Below, in pieces: positions 39,981 to 43,767 of a stretch of 43,767 nt of DNA. The DNA lies in assembly GCA_028694995.1 (NCBI GenBank), contig JAQVJU010000003.1, positions 1 through 43,767 of the forward strand, written 5' to 3'. The stretch comes from Minisyncoccota bacterium. GTDB taxonomy: Bacteria > Patescibacteriota > Minisyncoccia > UBA6257. Position numbers and translations under genes: made by a program. Under the pieces are notes generated by a model. That model worked only from the letters and a program-made list of their open reading frames with translations. It made no database searches and was not told where the DNA came from. Position 1 is the stretch's first letter. Each line of letters opens with the position of its first letter.

Positions 39981-41057
39981 TTAAGCTTGATGGAGAATCA
40001 TACTGTTGATTATTCCCAAACCAATAAATTCAGCTAATAGATGAGAGCCACCCATGGAAATAAAAGGTAAGGCAATGCCAATAATAGGCAATAAGCCTAA
40101 ATTCATGCCTAAATTAACAAAAACCCCAAACAACAACTTAATTGTAAAACCAACAGTAAAAAGTTTACAAAAGTTATAAGAAAAAATATTAGCCCAAACA
40201 ATTAAACGTTGAAACACAACAATAAAACAAATTAAAAGAATAGAAACCCCTAATAAACCTAAGGATTCAGCTAAAGAAGCAAAGATAAAATCAGTTTTAG
40301 ATAAAGGCAAAAACCTCAAATGAGTTTGAGAACCCCAACCCAGTCCTTTACCAAAAATACCTCCAGAGCCAATAGCAATTAGAGCTTGTTCCCGATTATA
40401 CCCAGCGCCTAATAAATCCTCTTCTGGGTTTAAAAAACTAAGGATTCTTGAGCGCTGATATGGTTCTAATAAAAACCCCCAAGCCAAACCACCCACCAAA
40501 GAGAAAACAATTAATAAAAGAATAATTTGTTTAATCCTAATACCACTAATAAGCACCAAACCTAACCAAATGATAAAAAAACTTAAAGCGCCACCTAAAT
40601 CTGGCTGAATAGCTGTTAAACAAAAAGGAATTAAAGCAAAAAACCCAGATACTAAAAGATGTTGCCATTGCCAAATTTCCAAATGACGAGAAGATAAATA
40701 TTTAGCCAAAACCAAAAGCAAAGCAATTTTAGCCACTTCTACAGGTTGAAAACTAAAAAATCCAAAATTAAACCAACCAGCAGAACCAGAGCTTTTATCA
40801 CCAATAAATAAAACTAAAACCAATAAACCCAGAGATAAGAAATATAAAAAAAGAATTAAAGAAGAATTATTAAAAATACGCCAATCTAATAAAGAAAAAA
40901 CAATAAAAAAACCAATACTAATACCTAAGAATATTAATTGTTTTTTAACAGATAAAAAAGAAGGCTGGTCTTGGAAAGAAATGCTCCAAAGAACCAACAG
41001 CCCTAAGGTAATTAAAATAAATAAGGCTAGAAATAAAACAGAATCAGATTTAAACAT
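39981..41057 (-). CDS. SEDS-family peptidoglycan polymerase (FtsW/RodA/SpoVE)
   Basis: Polytopic protein with QPDLGGALSFFIIW, GAGYNREQ...AIGSGGIFGKGLG, and TDFIFASLAESLGLLG. Confidence 0.88.
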   Translation of the reverse strand: MFKSDSVLFLALFILITLGLLVLWSISFQDQPSFLSVKKQLIFLGISIGFFIVFSLLDWRIFNNSSLILFLYFLSLGLLVLVLFIGDKSSGSAGWFNFGFFSFQPVEVAKIALLLVLAKYLSSRHLEIWQWQHLLVSGFFALIPFCLTAIQPDLGGALSFFIIWLGLVLISGIRIKQIILLLIVFSLVGGLAWGFLLEPYQRSRILSFLNPEEDLLGAGYNREQALIAIGSGGIFGKGLGWGSQTHLRFLPLSKTDFIFASLAESLGLLGVSILLICFIVVFQRLIVWANIFSYNFCKLFTVGFTIKLLFGVFVNLGMNLGLLPIIGIALPFISMGGSHLLAEFIGLGIINSMILHQA

Positions 41058-41058
41058 A

Positions 41059-42411
41059 CTAAGGCATTAAGAAAGCGTTTTCTTCTTCTAAGATATTGAT
41101 ATTAATAACTGGTTTTTCACAAATGGTAATTCCCTCAGGTAATTCTTCTCGCCATCGTATAACAAAAGATTGGGTTTGTTTAGAGTGAATACCTTCTAAC
41201 ACAGTCATTCCAACAGAAATGGGCTTTTTATCTTTATCGCATAAAATCACCAATATCTCTCCTTGGCGCCAGTTATAAGGGGTTTCATTAAAAATATCAC
41301 CTTTCACTTCTAAACTAGCTTCATAAGCTTCAAATTGATCTGTTGGCAATTGAACTGAGCCTTGAGAATTACCAAAGATTTCATTTAATTTAGCTCTGGT
41401 ATTAGCATCTACTTCTCCAGTAACACTTAATCCATGCTTTAATTGAAAATCTTCTAAAGCTTTTTCTGTAATTGAATCAAAATTACCAGTAATTGAACCA
41501 ATAGGAGAAACTGTAGAGTCTAATAACAAAGCTTTTTGCAAATTCAAAACCTCATCTCCTTTATCTCCTTTTTTCAAGTTAAGAGTAAAAATATAGGTGA
41601 ATTTCTGACTACCTTGAGGTCCATAAAGTTCATGTAATTTAGCTCTAGTTTGAGGACCAACTTCACCAGTAACCCTAATACCATATTTCTTTTGAAATTT
41701 CATTACTGCAGCTTCTGTTAATTTTCCATAATAGCCAGTAATTTCTCCAGCTGAATACACCGTAGGATCTAGGCTAAGTACTTTCTGAAGATTAAAAACT
41801 TCAGCATCTTCCATTCCTGGTACCAAGGTTTTAGTAAAAGTATAAACATTATAAGCCATGCCTGATATTGTTTCTGGTTTTACCATCTTAACACTACTGG
41901 AAATAAAAGGATCTCCTAAATCTAAATTAACTCCTTCAGGTGGTTGAGCCCAATTAACTTCTTCTTTAATAATTTCAATATCAACATTTGTTGGTTGAAA
42001 ACCAAGAACAAGATTAGAAGCTAAAAAATACCTAGTTTCATGAGGTAAGATAAAACCAGATTTTATAAACTCCTGTTTAGCTTCATTATCACCTTTGAAA
42101 ATTACTTTATAAGACAGATGTTTTGCTCCCCAATCTTCACTTAGGTTTATAAGCTTAAACAAAACATCAATCCTATTATTCTCATTAATAAGTATTATGG
42201 GATCCTCAGAAACAAAAATTGGCGGGTCATATTTTAATTCACAAGAGATACAAGGGCCGCCACAATCAATCCCTTCTTCGCCTTGGTTTTGAACACCATC
42301 AAAACAAGTGGCTTCTGGACGATGAACTAAATAAATACCTCCACCAATAAGAGAAAAAATTCCTAAGGTTATTAAAGCAATTATTATTTGTTTTATTATC
42401 CTTTTATTCAT
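41059..42411 (-). CDS. membrane-anchored protein with two peptidoglycan-binding (PG_binding_1-like) repeats
   Basis: Start taken at MNKRIIKQ (ATG 42411..42409), because the longer track ORF runs into the 5S rRNA. TM anchor and Cys motif CFDGVQNQGEEGIDCGGPCISC. Two repeats VFNLQKVL...FQKKYGIRVTGEVGPQTRAKL and VLNLQKAL...FQLKHGLSVTGEVDANTRAKL. Confidence 0.75.
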   Translation of the reverse strand: MNKRIIKQIIIALITLGIFSLIGGGIYLVHRPEATCFDGVQNQGEEGIDCGGPCISCELKYDPPIFVSEDPIILINENNRIDVLFKLINLSEDWGAKHLSYKVIFKGDNEAKQEFIKSGFILPHETRYFLASNLVLGFQPTNVDIEIIKEEVNWAQPPEGVNLDLGDPFISSSVKMVKPETISGMAYNVYTFTKTLVPGMEDAEVFNLQKVLSLDPTVYSAGEITGYYGKLTEAAVMKFQKKYGIRVTGEVGPQTRAKLHELYGPQGSQKFTYIFTLNLKKGDKGDEVLNLQKALLLDSTVSPIGSITGNFDSITEKALEDFQLKHGLSVTGEVDANTRAKLNEIFGNSQGSVQLPTDQFEAYEASLEVKGDIFNETPYNWRQGEILVILCDKDKKPISVGMTVLEGIHSKQTQSFVIRWREELPEGITICEKPVININILEEENAFLMP

Positions 42412-42461
42412 GTTTTTTATTATAACATGAAAACTTAATAATTTTCCAGAGAAAATAAAAA

Positions 42462-42572
42462 ACCCCCGGCAAAACCTACTTTCCCCCAAAAGGAGTATCA
42501 TCGGCGTTTGGCATTTTTACTTCTGTGTTCGGAATGAGAACAGGTAGAGCCTACCAAACTAAATCACCGGGA
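42462..42572 (-). rRNA. rrf: 5S rRNA
   Basis: The reverse complement contains CCUGUUCUCAUUCCGAACACAGAAGU and CGCCGAUGAUACU. Helix I is CCCGG/CCGGG. The gene is followed by a U-run (GGGGGUUUUUUAUUUU). Confidence 0.88.
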
Positions 42573-42965
42573 GATTTAATATTTTTAAAAAATTCTTTTC
42601 GCTAAAGATAGGAAAGTTGCTTTGATCAATTAGTACTCCTCAGCTTAATTTGTTACCAAACTTCCACTTGGAGCCTATCCCTAACTTCCCAGCCGAAACC
42701 AGAAAGTTAAGCCGCTAATGCGGACCTAGTCGTCTTCTAGGGACCTCTCTTCTCGTCAAAGACGAGAACACGATACCTAATCTTAGGGTGGGCTTCGTGC
42801 TTAGATGCTTTCAGCACTTATCCCTTCCGAACTTAGCTACCCGGCAATGCCCTTGGTAGGACAACCGGTACACCAGAGGTTCGTCCAATCGGGTCCTCTC
42901 GTACTGCGATCAGCTCCCCTCAAGTATCGAACGCCCACAGCAGATAGAGACCAACCTGTCTCACG

Positions 42966-43239
42966 CATATATTCATAAATTACTTTATGTATGGACTATA
43001 CCATCATCCTAATATTTATTAGGCGGTTGACGTATTATGGAAAAGAAAATCTCTTCCATCCCTCTGGCATAACACCAGAGAAGTCTCTAAGGGGTTATAA
43101 CTTTTTTAATGTAAAAAAATTAAACTTCCCTAGATATTGTCCTACCACACGACAGGTTAAAATACAATTATGTAATAGGATTTCATCTATATGAGTCAAC
43201 TTTTTCCTTAGAAGATTACTCTTCTAGGCCGCCAAATTG
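42966..43239 (-). ncRNA. group I intron (ORF-less, 274 nt) at about E. coli 23S position 2593
   Basis: It splits GACCGU | CGUGAGACAG. The 5' exon ends in U and the insert ends in G. GCGG at intron nt 8-11 can pair with exon CCGU (a U.G pair at the splice site). R-like UUAGAGACU (43090..43082) and S-like GGUAUAGUCC (43002..42993) are present. A P3 candidate is GUUGAC/GUCAAC. Confidence 0.75.
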
Positions 43240-43301
43240 ACGGTCTGAACCCAGCTCGCGTACCCTTTTAATTGGCGAACAGCCAAACCCTTGGGACCTC
43301 A

Positions 43302-43707
43302 CTATTGTTTTCCTATATTACTATAGGTATCAGACTATTCCTTCATCTTGTTCTTAATGTCTCCACTAAGAATTTAGATGCGAACCGTGTTATAGAACTA
43401 AGTTTCTATATTATTATAGAATTATTTTCTATCTCGCTTCATTCCCCAAAGAAATTAGCTCAGTCGTTAGGGGAGAAATATTCTTCGATCATTGAAACAA
43501 AGTTTTTACGTCGATTTTGGGATCGAACGTTAAACCGAGACAAAGAATCTGCTAAATGAGCTGCTTTTATTAGTGTTTAAAAGCAAACTCATTTGGCTTC
43601 AGAATATTCCTTTCCCACGGCGTTAACCTTTTGCATAAATAAGGCCTTCACCGTTTTGAGTTCGTTTATTACCCTAATGTTTCCATTAGGGAGAGAAGGT
43701 ATGTTTT
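43302..43707 (-). ncRNA. group I-like intron (ORF-less, ~406 nt) in the helix-91 loop (about E. coli 2532/2533); boundaries +/-2 nt
   Basis: It splits GGGGCUGGAG | UGAGGUCCCAAGG. P-like CCGUGGGAAAGG (43620..43609), R-like GUGGAGACAUU (43366..43356) and S-like GGAAUAGUCUG (43341..43331) are present. Two GNRA-capped hairpins occur: CCCUAAUG-GAAA-CAUUAGGG and CCUAUA-GUAA-UAUAGG. The insert ends in G. Confidence 0.65.
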
Positions 43708-43728
43708 CTCCAGCCCCAGGATAGGGTG

Positions 43729-43767
43729 CATATTACTCCACTATCACTAGTAGTATAGACTATATCT
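43729..43767 (-). ncRNA. 3' end of a third group I-like intron (about E. coli 2511/2512), truncated by the window
   Basis: rRNA homology breaks upstream of CACCCUAUCCUGGGG. The last 39 nt of the window read, in RNA sense, AGAUAUAGUCU (matching the S-element consensus AAGAUAUAGUCC) ...AAUAUG, ending in G. Confidence 0.5.

Larger units (their letters stand above)
42608..43767 (-). rRNA. rrl: 23S rRNA, 3' portion (domain V/VI), interrupted by three insertions; continues beyond the window
   Basis: The reverse complement carries universally conserved strings: GAUAAGUGCUGAAAGCAUCUAAGCACGAAGCC, CGUGAGACAGGUUGGUC, GGUACGCGAGCUGGGUUCAGACCGU, GGUCCCAAGGGUUUGGCUGUUCGCC and AUCCUGGGGCUGGAG. Exon pieces lie at about 42608..42965, 43240..43301 and 43708..43728. 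The 3' end is placed by analogy to E. coli (+/-5 nt). Confidence 0.92.

Noticed and set aside
42412-42501. N-terminal 30-codon extension of the 480-aa track ORF (MILLLGESRFCRGFF...).
   Set aside because: The extension runs into the 5S rRNA gene (42462..42572). The internal Met MNKRIIKQ, followed by a TM helix, is a normal N-terminus.
42684-42727. About 43 extra nucleotides in the 23S 3' domain relative to E. coli, between GAAGACGAC and GUUAGGGAUAGGC, considered as a fourth intron or IVS.
   Set aside because: It lies in a region near the 3' end that I recall as length-variable among bacteria. It folds as simple hairpins (CCGC-auua-GCGG and CUUAACUU...AAGUUAGG) and has no group I elements. It is most simply an expansion segment.
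42991-43559. Plus-strand ORFs 42991..43194 (67 aa) and 43272..43559 (95 aa), considered as possible intron-encoded homing endonucleases.
   Set aside because: They are antisense to the rRNA and introns, and the second starts inside conserved exon sequence. I saw no LAGLIDADG, GIY-YIG, HNH or His-Cys box motifs. The ORF track lists no sense-strand (minus-strand) ORF in this region.

Overview
AT-rich, very gene-dense window. Every feature I can support lies on the minus strand: 43 CDS, 5S rRNA, a partial 23S rRNA and one tRNA. In minus-strand order (high to low coordinates) the content is as follows. (1) The 3' part of a 23S rRNA gene, split by three closely spaced ORF-less group-I-like introns, followed by 5S rRNA. 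(2) Cell-wall genes: a PG-binding protein, a SEDS FtsW/RodA protein and MltG. (3) An AbiEi/AbiEii toxin-antitoxin pair with a near-consensus promoter. (4) A glycan biosynthesis locus of about 19 kb: WecB, Wzx, FkbM and other methyltransferases, a CapA-like protein, a 679-aa orphan, Ugd, glycosyltransferases, RmlA/ketoisomerase/aminotransferase/RmlB, an extended Gfo/Idh/MocA protein, a short UbiA-like protein, PgpA and the initiating phosphoglycosyl transferase. (5) A 265-nt structured RNA or leader upstream of murB. (6) MurB, a Lys-rich histone-H1-like protein, HPF, SecA, ScpA/ScpB, a D-Ala-D-Ala carboxypeptidase and MraY. (7) A type IV pilus block: PilT, PilC, major pilin, PilD and four minor pilins. 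(8) LigA, GatC/GatA, a small membrane ORF and an initiator tRNA cut by the window edge. ORFs are intact under the standard code. The combination of intron-laden rRNA, small genes, a T4P locus and low G+C suggests a CPR/Patescibacteria-type genome; this is inference only. I see no transposase, integrase or CRISPR array. I found no convincing new multi-gene system. The best candidates for follow-up are the murB-upstream RNA with mutually exclusive long-range pairings, the triple-intron 23S region with a 21-nt micro-exon, and the uncharacterised FkbM/CapA/679-aa/methyltransferase block in the glycan locus.
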